From positions 255 through 64,254 of the forward strand of contig CALQAH020000006.1 of the NCBI GenBank assembly GCA_943328505.2: a stretch of DNA of 64,000 nucleotides. The letters are read 5' to 3'. Shown in pieces: positions 19,351-28,733 of this stretch. The notes below the pieces were generated by a model. It did not search any database and had not been told where the DNA came from. It worked only from the letters and a program-made list of their open reading frames with translations. The translations under genes and the position numbers were made by a program. This stretch comes from Rhizobium sp. Q54. GTDB taxonomy: Bacteria; Bacteroidota; Bacteroidia; Flavobacteriales; Flavobacteriaceae. How positions within the stretch are numbered: position 1 is the stretch's first letter; each line of letters opens with the position of its first letter.

Positions 19351-20781
19351 ATGATATTTAATTCCTTTGAGTTCTTACTATTTCTTCCCATTGTATTTCT
19401 ATTATACTGGTTTTTTTGTAAAAACAATACAAAATATCAAAATATAGTTTTACTGCTGTCTAGTTATTTATTTTATGCATTTTGGGATTATAGATTTTTA
19501 TTTTTACTCATTTTCTCTACACTTTTAGACTATTTTACGGGTATAAAAATGCACGAATCACCAACCAAAAGGATGAAGCAATTTTGGTTTTGGTTAAGTA
19601 TTTCCATAAATCTAGGCTTTCTTGGTATTTTTAAATATTATAATTTCTTTATAGATTCTTTTGCCGAATTACTTTCTGGTTTTGGTTTACAGACCAATTT
19701 TTGGTCAATAAGTGTTATTCTACCGGTTGGAATTTCATTTTATACTTTTCATGGATTATCCTATGTGATTGACATTTATTATGATAAAATAAAACCCGAA
19801 AAAAACTTTATTGATTATTCTGTTTTTGTGAGTTTCTTTCCATTGTTAGTAGCCGGACCAATAGAAAGAGCCACACATTTATTACCTCAAATTCAAACCA
19901 AAAGAAGTTTCGATTATTCTAAAGCCACTGATGGTTTACGCCAAATTCTTTGGGGATTGTTCATGAAAGTTGTGGTTGCAGATAATTGTGCCATAGTGGT
20001 TAATGAAGTATTCAAAAATCAAGATTCCTATAATTCCACCTCGCTCTTTGTTGGAGCTATATTTTTTGCATTTCAAATTTATGGTGACTTTTCAGGATAT
20101 TCTAATATTGCATTAGGAACAGCTCGCTTATTCGGAATTGAGCTTTTACGTAATTTTAATTTCCCTTATTTTTCTAGAGATATTGCAGAATTTTGGCGCA
20201 GATGGCATATCTCACTTTCAACTTGGTTCAGGGATTATTTATACATTCCTCTTGGAGGCAGTAAAGGTGGTATTTGGATGCAAATTAGAAATACATTAAT
20301 CATTTTTGTAGTAAGTGGTTTTTGGCATGGAGCCAATTGGACTTTCATAATTTGGGGTGCATTAAATGCCTTCTATATTTTACCATTAGTAATTTTTAAA
20401 TTAAATAGAAAAAACACGAATATAGTTGCCGAAAACTCTTGGTTTCCATCTCCATTGGAAGTTTTTCAAATGTTGATAACGTTTACAGCGACAACCGTTG
20501 CCTGGATATTTTTTAGATCAGCAACTGTTAAAGAGGCTTGTTCATATATCTACAAATTAATGCATTACAAATCCTATGGTTTGCCAGAAGTCGATTTAAA
20601 ACCATTTATTTTTATATTTATTTTATTAGTTGTAGAATGGATTCACAGAAAAAAAACACATGGTTTAGAATTATCAAACTATAAAAACATGTACTTTAGA
20701 TGGTTTATGTACCTTATTGTTTTTGTTTTAATTTTATTGTTTGGAGCAAGTTCTGATTCATTCATTTATTTCCAATTTTAG
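19351..20781 (+). CDS. MBOAT family O-acyltransferase (AlgI/PatA/DltB-like)
   Basis: Multi-TM protein. WRRWHISLSTWFRDYLYIPLGG and SGFWHGANW regions are typical of AlgI-type MBOATs. Confidence 0.85.
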   Translation: MIFNSFEFLLFLPIVFLLYWFFCKNNTKYQNIVLLLSSYLFYAFWDYRFLFLLIFSTLLDYFTGIKMHESPTKRMKQFWFWLSISINLGFLGIFKYYNFFIDSFAELLSGFGLQTNFWSISVILPVGISFYTFHGLSYVIDIYYDKIKPEKNFIDYSVFVSFFPLLVAGPIERATHLLPQIQTKRSFDYSKATDGLRQILWGLFMKVVVADNCAIVVNEVFKNQDSYNSTSLFVGAIFFAFQIYGDFSGYSNIALGTARLFGIELLRNFNFPYFSRDIAEFWRRWHISLSTWFRDYLYIPLGGSKGGIWMQIRNTLIIFVVSGFWHGANWTFIIWGALNAFYILPLVIFKLNRKNTNIVAENSWFPSPLEVFQMLITFTATTVAWIFFRSATVKEACSYIYKLMHYKSYGLPEVDLKPFIFIFILLVVEWIHRKKTHGLELSNYKNMYFRWFMYLIVFVLILLFGASSDSFIYFQF

Positions 20782-21699
20782 ATGAAAAAGTTTATACTAA
20801 AGATTATAGTTTTCTCCATTTTAATAACGGGTATCATCCTGTTTATGCTTTCTCGATACGGAGGATATGTAGATTATTTTTACATAAAATTTACTTCTCC
20901 CAAACAACACTCATTAATAATTGGTGATTCGCGAAGTTTTCAAGGAATTCAACCCTCTGTAATTAATGATAACCTTAAAAATCAATTTGAGTTTCCAATG
21001 TATAACTATAGTTTTACCTTAGCTCAAACTGCATATGGTGAAAGTTTACTAAATAGTATTAAATTAAAAGTGGATGAAAATACAAAAAATGGACTATTTA
21101 TTCTCTCTGTACAGCCTTGGCTTTTAGCTAAAAGAGAAAAAGATGATTTTGAAAATGGTGTTTATTTTGAGGATGATTGTCCGCCAAACAATATGCGTTT
21201 TGCTTCAATGAACCCAAATATTGAATATTTTTTTAAAAATTATAGTTTTTTTCATTTCAAAGCAGCTTTTAGAAAGAATTCAATTGTACATAATGACGGT
21301 TGGTTAGAAGAGTCAAACCTAACAAAAGATACCGTTACGTTAAATTTGTGGAAAAAAAAGCAAATTGGATTATACAAGGGCTTTATTAATAAATGGGAAA
21401 AATCACAATATCGTTTAGATAAATTAAGTGAAACAGTAGCATTTCTAAAAAAACATGGCACTGTAATAATAATAAGAATGCCAAACAGCAAACCAATACT
21501 AGCTTTAGAAAACAAATTTTGGAAAGATTTTGATAGCAATGTCATTCAAATTGCTGCTAAAAACAAAGTTAAATATATAAATTATACTCAAATAGATAAC
21601 CCGTTTTATTCTTACGACGGTGTACATTTAGACAAACACGGAGGATACCAATTCACTAAATCATTATGTGATTCTATTAAAAACCTTAAATCTAATTAA
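20782..21699 (+). CDS. Membrane-anchored SGNH/GDSL-like protein, probable partner of the MBOAT O-acetyltransferase
   Basis: N-terminal TM helix, IIGDSRS (block I-like) and YDGVHLD (block V-like DxxH). The start follows the MBOAT stop directly (TAG ATG). Confidence 0.55.
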   Translation: MKKFILKIIVFSILITGIILFMLSRYGGYVDYFYIKFTSPKQHSLIIGDSRSFQGIQPSVINDNLKNQFEFPMYNYSFTLAQTAYGESLLNSIKLKVDENTKNGLFILSVQPWLLAKREKDDFENGVYFEDDCPPNNMRFASMNPNIEYFFKNYSFFHFKAAFRKNSIVHNDGWLEESNLTKDTVTLNLWKKKQIGLYKGFINKWEKSQYRLDKLSETVAFLKKHGTVIIIRMPNSKPILALENKFWKDFDSNVIQIAAKNKVKYINYTQIDNPFYSYDGVHLDKHGGYQFTKSLCDSIKNLKSN

Positions 21700-21701
21700 A
21701 A

Positions 21702-22808
21702 TTGAATACTTTAATTCCATTAGAATATTACTCACTACTCTTCAATAATTTTGTTTTATTGTGTTGTATACTAGTTTTAATGCAAACTAATCGAATTGAA
21801 TTAGACAGTATAGCCAATCTTAAATCGAAAAATATATTTGGAATTGTAATCCTGTTTCTAACCATATTATATATTGGCGCAAGACCTGTTAGTGGTAAAT
21901 ATTTTTTAGACATGCGTACCTATGCCGACGCTTTTGAAAGCTATGCAGTGGGTGAAAAAGTAAATTTCACAAAAGATATTTATTTTAGTTTTTTTATGAA
22001 ATCGTGCTCTAGCATCATGACTGTAGAATTCTTTTTTCTATTATGTGCTTTTCTATATATTTTTCCTTTATATCTTTTTTGTAAAAATGTATTTGAAAAG
22101 TATTGGTTTTATGCTTTTTTAATTCTAATTGCCTCTTTTTCATTTTGGAGTTATGGTGTCAACGGGATAAGAAATGGAATAGCCTCTTCTATAATTTTAT
22201 GGGGTATTTCTAGAGCAAATAACAAGTTTTTTTTATATTCATTATTTATTATTGCTGCTTTATTTCATAAATCAATGATATTAATTATAATCGCCTATAC
22301 AATAACATTTTTTTATAAAAATACTAAAGTTTTACTTTTATTTTGGTTTGCGTGTATCTTCTTATCCATAGCTTTTTCAGGATTTTGGGAATCTATTTTT
22401 GGCGTTTTTGGTTTTGGTGAAGACGATAGGCTATCAGAATATTTAAATCAAGAAGAAGATTTAGAGAATGGAATATTTAAAGGCTCCTTTAGATGGGATT
22501 TTTTATTGTATAGTGCTTCTGCTGTTGTTGCTGGATGGTTTTATATTATTAGAAAAAAATATGAAGACAAATTATATACACAACTTTTTAATATTTATTT
22601 AATTACAAATGGATTTTGGATTTTAGTAATTAAAACAAATTTTTCGAATCGATTTGCTTATTTATCATGGTTTATGCTAGGCATTATAATCATTTACCCA
22701 TTGTTAAAAGTTAAATTCTTTAATAATCAACACCGTGTTATTGGAAGAACTATAATTATCTATTATGCTTTTACCTATATATTAAATGTGATACTTAGTA
22801 AATCATGA
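21702..22808 (+). CDS. EpsG-family membrane protein (Wzy-type polymerase candidate)
   Basis: 368 aa with 9-10 hydrophobic segments and EpsG-like organisation. The listed start is TTG; an ATG alternative lies at 21780. Confidence 0.6.
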   Translation: MNTLIPLEYYSLLFNNFVLLCCILVLMQTNRIELDSIANLKSKNIFGIVILFLTILYIGARPVSGKYFLDMRTYADAFESYAVGEKVNFTKDIYFSFFMKSCSSIMTVEFFFLLCAFLYIFPLYLFCKNVFEKYWFYAFLILIASFSFWSYGVNGIRNGIASSIILWGISRANNKFFLYSLFIIAALFHKSMILIIIAYTITFFYKNTKVLLLFWFACIFLSIAFSGFWESIFGVFGFGEDDRLSEYLNQEEDLENGIFKGSFRWDFLLYSASAVVAGWFYIIRKKYEDKLYTQLFNIYLITNGFWILVIKTNFSNRFAYLSWFMLGIIIIYPLLKVKFFNNQHRVIGRTIIIYYAFTYILNVILSKS

Positions 22809-23737
22809 TACAACTTAGTGTTATAATACCTATGTATAATGTGGAAAAATACATCCACAAATGTATCTACTCGGTAGTACAAAATAATTTGAAAAGTGAT
22901 GACTTTGAAATTATTATTGTAGACGACGAATCTCCAGATAATAGCCTTTCAATTGCGACTGAAATTGCTAAAGAGTTTGATAACATTACAATTATTTCTC
23001 AAAAAAATAAAGGCTTAGGTGGCGCGAGAAATACTGGTATACAAAATGCCAAAGGAAAGTATGTATTGTTTTTAGATTCTGATGATTTTTACACTCCAAA
23101 TTCATTAGAAACTATACTAAAAATTGCTTTTGATAATGAATTAGAGATACTAGAATTTGGTGCAATCGTGGTCGATAGTACTAATAAAATCATAAGCACA
23201 GTAGCAATCTCAACTGAAAATAAAATATTTGATGGCATTTATTATTGGCAAAACTTCAATTCTATTAATTCGGCATGTAACAAACTCTATTTGAAAGAAT
23301 TTTTAATTTCAAATTCAATTCTTTTTAAAGAAAAAATTTATGCTGAAGATTATGAATTTAATACTAGAGCCTTGTATTTTGCAAAAAAAGTAATGGCGAC
23401 AGAATATATTGTAGCAAATTTTTTAACCTCTACTAATTCTATTACTCGAAATAAAACGGACATTACTAAAGAAAAATATCGAAGGGATTTAATATCTATT
23501 TTAGAACACATTAAAAAATTCGAATCCAATAATCCAACGGATACCACTTTTTTCAAAGAACGGTTATCCCTTTTAAATGTTGACTTATTTTTATTAATGT
23601 TAAAAAATAATTTTTCATTTAAAGAAATATCCAAAACAAAAAAAGAGTTAAAAGAAAAAAATATTTTTCATTTAGATTTTAAATTAAGAAATTTTAAAAA
23701 AAACATATTGCGAATTATATTGCATAGATTTTTCTAA
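22805..23737 (+). CDS. Glycosyltransferase family 2
   Basis: VIIPMYNVEKYI, VDDESPDNS and LDSDD motifs. ATGA overlap with the upstream gene. Confidence 0.85.
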   Translation: MIQLSVIIPMYNVEKYIHKCIYSVVQNNLKSDDFEIIIVDDESPDNSLSIATEIAKEFDNITIISQKNKGLGGARNTGIQNAKGKYVLFLDSDDFYTPNSLETILKIAFDNELEILEFGAIVVDSTNKIISTVAISTENKIFDGIYYWQNFNSINSACNKLYLKEFLISNSILFKEKIYAEDYEFNTRALYFAKKVMATEYIVANFLTSTNSITRNKTDITKEKYRRDLISILEHIKKFESNNPTDTTFFKERLSLLNVDLFLLMLKNNFSFKEISKTKKELKEKNIFHLDFKLRNFKKNILRIILHRFF

Positions 23738-23752
23738 AAACAATAATCCAAA

Positions 23753-24124
23753 ATGCTTAAAACCATACTCTACATAGCTATTGGCGGTGCACTTGGTAGT
23801 GTTTTACGCTATTTAACTTCGATGCTTGTCAACAAATATTGGGTAAACCATTTTCCAATGGCAACTTTTATCACAAATGTTTTAGGATGCTTTCTTATAG
23901 GATTGATTATCGGAATTTTAGAAAAAAATAATCTAGCAGCTAGTAATTTAAAATGGTTTTTAGTCACCGGGTTTTGTGGTGGCTACACTACTTTTTCAGC
24001 ATTTGGTATGGAAAATGTAACGCTTTTTCAAAACAACAACACATTTTTAGCATTCACGTATATTGGATTTAGTATAATAATAGGACTTTTTGCCATTTGG
24101 CTTGGCCTTTTTGTGACAAAATAA
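23753..24124 (+). CDS. crcB: Fluoride efflux channel CrcB/FluC
   Basis: 123 aa, four TM segments, GALGSVLRY and GFCGGYTTFSAF motifs. Confidence 0.9.
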   Translation: MLKTILYIAIGGALGSVLRYLTSMLVNKYWVNHFPMATFITNVLGCFLIGLIIGILEKNNLAASNLKWFLVTGFCGGYTTFSAFGMENVTLFQNNNTFLAFTYIGFSIIIGLFAIWLGLFVTK

Positions 24125-24162
24125 GTATTTGGATTAGCGAAAAAAATGTAATTTCGCAAACT

Positions 24163-25167
24163 ATGAAAGAAGAAGATGTTTTAGCCCTTAAAAAACTATT
24201 AGTTTTACCAAAAAAAATTGCAATAATCCCTCATCGAAGCCCTGATGGTGACGCTATGGGTTCTACATTAGCATTGTACCATTTCCTTTTAAAACTAAAT
24301 CATCAACCTGCGGTAATTGCACCAAATGATTTTCCAAACTTCCTAGCTTGGTTACCCAATTCTGATAGTGTTTTGGTTTATGAAAATGATAAAACAAACA
24401 CTACCAAAGTTCTAAATGAAGCCGACTTAGTTTTTATTCTAGATTTTAATGCTTTGCACAGAACTGGAGAAATGGAAAACGTTTTGAACAAACTTACAGT
24501 TCCTATGATAATGATTGATCATCATCAAAAACCAGATACTTTTGCAACGTATACGTACTCCAATACTGCTATTGGTTCTACTTGTGAAATGATCTATAAT
24601 TTCATTTCCTATTTAGATAAAAAAGAATTGATTGACAAAACCATTGCAACCTGTATCTATACTGGAATAGTAACAGATTCAGGTTCTTTTAGATTTCCAT
24701 CCACTACAAGCACTACGCATCGAATAGTAGCCGACTTAATTGAATTGGGAATAGAAAACAGTACAATTCACAACAATCTTTTTGACAACAACTCGTACAA
24801 TCGTTCACAACTTTTAGGAAAAGCATTACAGAACATGAAAGTAATGCCTGAATATAAAACAGCTTATATTACGCTTTCACAAAAGGAACTAGACGAATTT
24901 CATTATGAAAAAGGAGATACCGAAGGCATTGTAAATTATGGATTAACCATAAAAGGTGTTATTTTTGCGGCGATATTTATTGAGCATCGTGATGAAAATA
25001 TTATCAAAATTTCGTTCCGTTCTCAAGATAATTTTGATGTAAATCAATTTGCTAGAAATAATTTCAGTGGTGGTGGACATATTAATGCTGCTGGAGGTAA
25101 ATCAAATTTGTCTATGCAAGAAACTATTTTAAAATTTGAAAATTTATTAGCAACAACAACACGATAA
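24163..25167 (+). CDS. nrnA: DHH/DHHA1 phosphoesterase (NrnA-like oligoribonuclease/pAp phosphatase)
   Basis: PHRSPDGDAMGS, IMIDHHQ and GGGHINAAGG motifs. ATG 24163 is preferred; the listed start overlaps crcB. Confidence 0.8.
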   Translation: MKEEDVLALKKLLVLPKKIAIIPHRSPDGDAMGSTLALYHFLLKLNHQPAVIAPNDFPNFLAWLPNSDSVLVYENDKTNTTKVLNEADLVFILDFNALHRTGEMENVLNKLTVPMIMIDHHQKPDTFATYTYSNTAIGSTCEMIYNFISYLDKKELIDKTIATCIYTGIVTDSGSFRFPSTTSTTHRIVADLIELGIENSTIHNNLFDNNSYNRSQLLGKALQNMKVMPEYKTAYITLSQKELDEFHYEKGDTEGIVNYGLTIKGVIFAAIFIEHRDENIIKISFRSQDNFDVNQFARNNFSGGGHINAAGGKSNLSMQETILKFENLLATTTR

Positions 25168-25168
25168 A

Positions 25169-25762
25169 ATGAAAAGTATTCAAAAAATAACATCGGTATT
25201 ACTTATTGTTTTAGCAATCATAAGTTGCAAACAACAACAAGCCAGAATGCCAATTTCACGCTCTTCTGGAACTTTTATGAATGAGTCTGTTGCAAGAAAT
25301 AAAAAACTTATTGCTGGTGAAGAAGCAAAAATTGATTCTATAATAAAAAGTAATCCAAAAAAAGTATATATCGCCTCTAAAAAAGGATATTGGTATTGTT
25401 ATGATGCCAAAAATAAACGTGATACTTTGCGACCAAAAAAAGGAGACGTTGCCTATTTTGATTATGAAATTGGAGATTTAAAAGGTAATGTTGTTTATTC
25501 TGAAATAGAACTTAAACCGCAAACCTATGTAGTTGATAAACAAAACATCATGATGGGTTTACGTGATGGAATAAAATTAATGCGCAAAAATGAAAAAGTT
25601 ACTTTTTTATTTCCTTCACATATTGCATTTGGTTATCATGGTGACAACAAAAGAATTGGAAGTAATGAACCATTAATTTGTACTGTAACACTAAACGATT
25701 TTAAACCAAATACACCACAGAAGAAAGAAGTTATAATAGAACCTAAAACAATTACAGAATAA
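25169..25762 (+). CDS. gldI: Gliding-motility-associated FKBP-type peptidyl-prolyl isomerase lipoprotein (GldI-like)
   Basis: Lipobox AIISC, 197 aa and an FKBP-like C-terminal half (GDVAYFDYEIGDLKGNVVYS, LFPSHIAFGYHG). The match to GldI is from memory of size and architecture. Confidence 0.6.
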   Translation: MKSIQKITSVLLIVLAIISCKQQQARMPISRSSGTFMNESVARNKKLIAGEEAKIDSIIKSNPKKVYIASKKGYWYCYDAKNKRDTLRPKKGDVAYFDYEIGDLKGNVVYSEIELKPQTYVVDKQNIMMGLRDGIKLMRKNEKVTFLFPSHIAFGYHGDNKRIGSNEPLICTVTLNDFKPNTPQKKEVIIEPKTITE

Positions 25763-25773
25763 TAATTTATAAA

Positions 25774-26910
25774 ATGAAAAAACAAGCATACCTATTTTTA
25801 TTTGCCTTAACCGCCTTATTTACATCTTGCAAAGACGAATACAAAGACCTACAAGATGGGCTTTACGCCGAAATTGAAACTTCAAAAGGAATCGTAATTG
25901 CTTCTTTAGAATACACTAAAACTCCTGTTACTGTTGCTAATTTTGTTCTTTTAGCAGAAGGGAAAAATACATTTACATCCAAAGAATTACAAGGAAAACC
26001 TTTCTATGATGGGTTAAAATTTCACAGAGTAATTTCAAAATTAAATGGCGATTCAGAAGATTTCATGATTCAAGGTGGTGATCCATTAGGAAATGGTTCT
26101 GGTGATGCTGGTTACAAATTTAAAGATGAAATTACCGATTTAAGATTTGATAATAGTGGATTATTAGCCATGGCAAATTCAGGTCCAGCAACCAATAGCA
26201 GTCAGTTTTTTATCACTTTAAAAGATACGCCTTGGTTAGATGGAAAACATACAATATTTGGTCATGTTGTTGATAAAGGAATGGACGTTGTAAATAAAGT
26301 AGTTGTAAACGATCTTATTATTTCAATAAAAATTATCCGAAAAGGTGAAGCTGCAAAAAAATTCGACGCCGCTAAAATATTCAGCGACTACTTTAAAATA
26401 GAATCAGAAAACCAGAAAAAGAGATTGGCATTAGAAGCTGAAAGCAAAAAAGCATATATCGCTAAATACAAACCCATAATTGATGAAAAAATTAAGTCTT
26501 GGAATGCTTTAAAATCTTCAATAACCAAAACTTCTTCAGGTTTAGAATATATAATTATCAAAAAAGGAACCACTAATAAACCCGAAAAAAATGCAACGGT
26601 TAGTCTTAAATATGCTGGTTTTTTGCAAGATGGAACTCTTATTGATACTAGTGAAGAAAGTATTGCAAAAACATTTGGAAAGTTTGATGAACAAAGAGCA
26701 ATACAACATGGATATTCCGATTTAGTATTTCAATTGGGAACTAATAGAATTTTCCCTGGGTTAATTGAGGGAATAGACTTATTGCATTATGGAGACAAAG
26801 CTGTTTTATTTGTCCCTTCAAAGTTAGGTTATGGTGCGCAAGGCGCTGGAAATGTAATCCCACCTAATGCTGATATCATTTTTGAAATTGAATTGTTAAA
26901 TAAAAAATAA
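25774..26910 (+). CDS. Dual-family PPIase lipoprotein: N-terminal cyclophilin + C-terminal FKBP (CFBP type)
   Basis: Lipobox LFTSC. Cyclophilin motifs FHRVI, FMIQGGDP and AMANSGPATNSSQFFIT. FKBP motifs YAGFLQDGTLIDTS and IPPNADIIFEIELL. Confidence 0.85.
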   Translation: MKKQAYLFLFALTALFTSCKDEYKDLQDGLYAEIETSKGIVIASLEYTKTPVTVANFVLLAEGKNTFTSKELQGKPFYDGLKFHRVISKLNGDSEDFMIQGGDPLGNGSGDAGYKFKDEITDLRFDNSGLLAMANSGPATNSSQFFITLKDTPWLDGKHTIFGHVVDKGMDVVNKVVVNDLIISIKIIRKGEAAKKFDAAKIFSDYFKIESENQKKRLALEAESKKAYIAKYKPIIDEKIKSWNALKSSITKTSSGLEYIIIKKGTTNKPEKNATVSLKYAGFLQDGTLIDTSEESIAKTFGKFDEQRAIQHGYSDLVFQLGTNRIFPGLIEGIDLLHYGDKAVLFVPSKLGYGAQGAGNVIPPNADIIFEIELLNKK

Positions 26911-26931
26911 TTAAAACACTCTAATAAATTT

Positions 26932-28200
26932 ATGATTATGAAATTAAAATGTAACCTCTTATTTTTAATTTGCTTTGGATTAATGAGTTCTTACGCTCAA
27001 ACCAAAAAAGCAGCTCCAAAAGCAAAAACGACAACGGAAGCAGCAAAACCAGCTGTTAAACCCGCAGCTAGCAATAGCGACACTGGTATTTTTGTTGAAT
27101 TTGAAACTTCAAAAGGGAAAATCCTTTTACAATTAGAATACCAAAAAGTGCCTATTACTGTTGCCAATTTTATCTCGTTAGTTGAAGGAACAAATACTCA
27201 AGTGATAGATGAAAAACTAAAAGGAAAACCTTTTTATAACGGATTGAAATTCCACAGAGTTATCAAAGATTTTATGATACAAGGTGGAGATCCACAAGGA
27301 AATGGTTCTGGTGGACCAGGATTTGCTTTCAAAGATGAATTTTTACCGGATTTAGTTTTTGATAAAGGGGGAATTTTAGCAATGGCTAATTCCGGACCAA
27401 GAACAAACGGATCTCAATTCTTTATCACTCATAAAGACACGCCATGGTTGAATGGGAAACATACTATTTTTGGACATGTCATTTCAGGAATGGATGTAGT
27501 GAATGCAATTGCTCAAGACGATTTGATGAATAAAGTAACCATCATTAGAAAAGGTGATGCCGCTAGCAAGTTTGATGCGGCTAAAATATTCTCAGATTAT
27601 TTTGCGGGTAAAGGTGAAGACGATAAAAAACAAGCCGCTATTGATGCCGAAAACAGAGCTAAACAAGCTGCTATTGACGCTGAGAAAAATGCCAAACAAG
27701 CCGTTATTGATGCTGAGAATAAAAAAGAATATATTGCCAAATACGGAAATGTTATAACTGTAAAACTAGCAGAATTAAATGCCCTTAAAGCAACTGCTAC
27801 CAAAACAGCTTCTGGATTAGAATATAAAATTACACAAGCTGGTTCTGGTAAAAAACCGGTTGATGGAAGCACAATATACATTCATTATTCTGGTTATTTA
27901 GATGATGGTAGTTTGTTTCAAAGTAGTCATGAAGAAGTAAGTAAGACATGTGGTAAATTTGATGCAAATGCTGCTGCTCAAAATGCCTACCAACCTTTCC
28001 CATTTCAAGCTGGTAAAAAAGATGGCTTAATTCCAGGATTTCTTGAAGCTGTATCTTTATTGAGTTTTGGTGATAAAATAACTGTTTTTATTCCTTCAAA
28101 ATTAGCCTATGGATCTCAAGCTATGGGAAATATTATTCCAGCAAATTCAAATCTTACTTTTGAATTAGAAATATTTGAAAACCTTCCTGTAAAACAGTAA
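26932..28200 (+). CDS. Dual-family PPIase, secreted: cyclophilin + FKBP (CFBP type), tandem paralogue with repeat linker
   Basis: Signal peptide ending SYAQ. The same cyclophilin and FKBP motifs as the upstream gene. The linker holds three 11-aa repeats AKQAAIDAExx. Confidence 0.85.
   Translation: MIMKLKCNLLFLICFGLMSSYAQTKKAAPKAKTTTEAAKPAVKPAASNSDTGIFVEFETSKGKILLQLEYQKVPITVANFISLVEGTNTQVIDEKLKGKPFYNGLKFHRVIKDFMIQGGDPQGNGSGGPGFAFKDEFLPDLVFDKGGILAMANSGPRTNGSQFFITHKDTPWLNGKHTIFGHVISGMDVVNAIAQDDLMNKVTIIRKGDAASKFDAAKIFSDYFAGKGEDDKKQAAIDAENRAKQAAIDAEKNAKQAVIDAENKKEYIAKYGNVITVKLAELNALKATATKTASGLEYKITQAGSGKKPVDGSTIYIHYSGYLDDGSLFQSSHEEVSKTCGKFDANAAAQNAYQPFPFQAGKKDGLIPGFLEAVSLLSFGDKITVFIPSKLAYGSQAMGNIIPANSNLTFELEIFENLPVKQ
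27628..27726 (+). repeat. Three tandem 33-bp repeats in the linker of the second CFBP gene
   Basis: Units at 27628-27660, 27661-27693 and 27694-27726. Each starts aaacaagc(c/t)g(c/t)tattga(t/c)gc(c/t)ga and encodes KQAAIDAExxA-type 11-mers. Confidence 0.85.
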
Positions 28201-28221
28201 AAGTTTTCAATCATATACAAT

Positions 28222-28250
28222 AAAGGCGCAAAATTATTTTTTGCGCCTTT
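28222..28250. terminator. Bidirectional rho-independent terminator
   Basis: AAAGGCGCAAAA / TTTTGCGCCTTT perfect stem flanked by A and T runs, between convergent genes. Confidence 0.85.
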
Positions 28251-28275
28251 ATTATTTAAGTTAAAGAAGTTCCAA

Positions 28276-28704
28276 CTATGCTTTAAACTTCCACTCAAAT
28301 TCATCATTATCATTGATGATGGCTCCTATTTCAACTTTGGTAATTACACCAAACTCCGAGACTAATGTCAACCAATTGCTTTCATTAAAATGATTTTCGA
28401 CACTATCAAAATCTTCTTGTTCCCATGTTTTAAAAGGCAATTCGCTTTTAACTGTTGCACAATTTTGACCCATTATTTTTTTATCAAATAGTGTAAGTTC
28501 ACTGTTAGAACTAATAATATATCCCAATCGAAACGCTTCGTCTTCGTAAAAAGTCAATCGCATTTTTTGATCGTTATAAAGATAAATACTATTCCCATCT
28601 TCATCTTTAAACTGCTTGCTTGGCAAACCATAAAGTGCTTCTACATTTTTTTGCTTCATGCCAAAAAGCAACGTATCAATTCCATTTTTTAGATTAATTT
28701 TCAT
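28276..28704 (-). CDS. Hypothetical protein (142 aa, no recognisable motifs)
   Basis: Clean ORF between a bidirectional terminator and trmH with normal-looking composition. No family recognised. Confidence 0.5.
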   Translation of the reverse strand: MKINLKNGIDTLLFGMKQKNVEALYGLPSKQFKDEDGNSIYLYNDQKMRLTFYEDEAFRLGYIISSNSELTLFDKKIMGQNCATVKSELPFKTWEQEDFDSVENHFNESNWLTLVSEFGVITKVEIGAIINDNDEFEWKFKA

Positions 28705-28733
28705 AACTACTTAATTTTTATTTAGCCCTTCAT

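Noticed and set aside
23738-23752. Expected fluoride riboswitch upstream of crcB
   Set aside because: Only 15 nt separate crcB from the GT2 gene. I saw no crcB-motif-like G+C-rich pseudoknot sequence in the 3' end of the GT2 gene. crcB appears simply co-transcribed or served by an unseen promoter.
27554-27881. ORFs 27554-27757 (+) and 27597-27881 (-) in the CFBP linker region
   Set aside because: They are artefacts of the 33-bp tandem repeat, which keeps alternative frames open.
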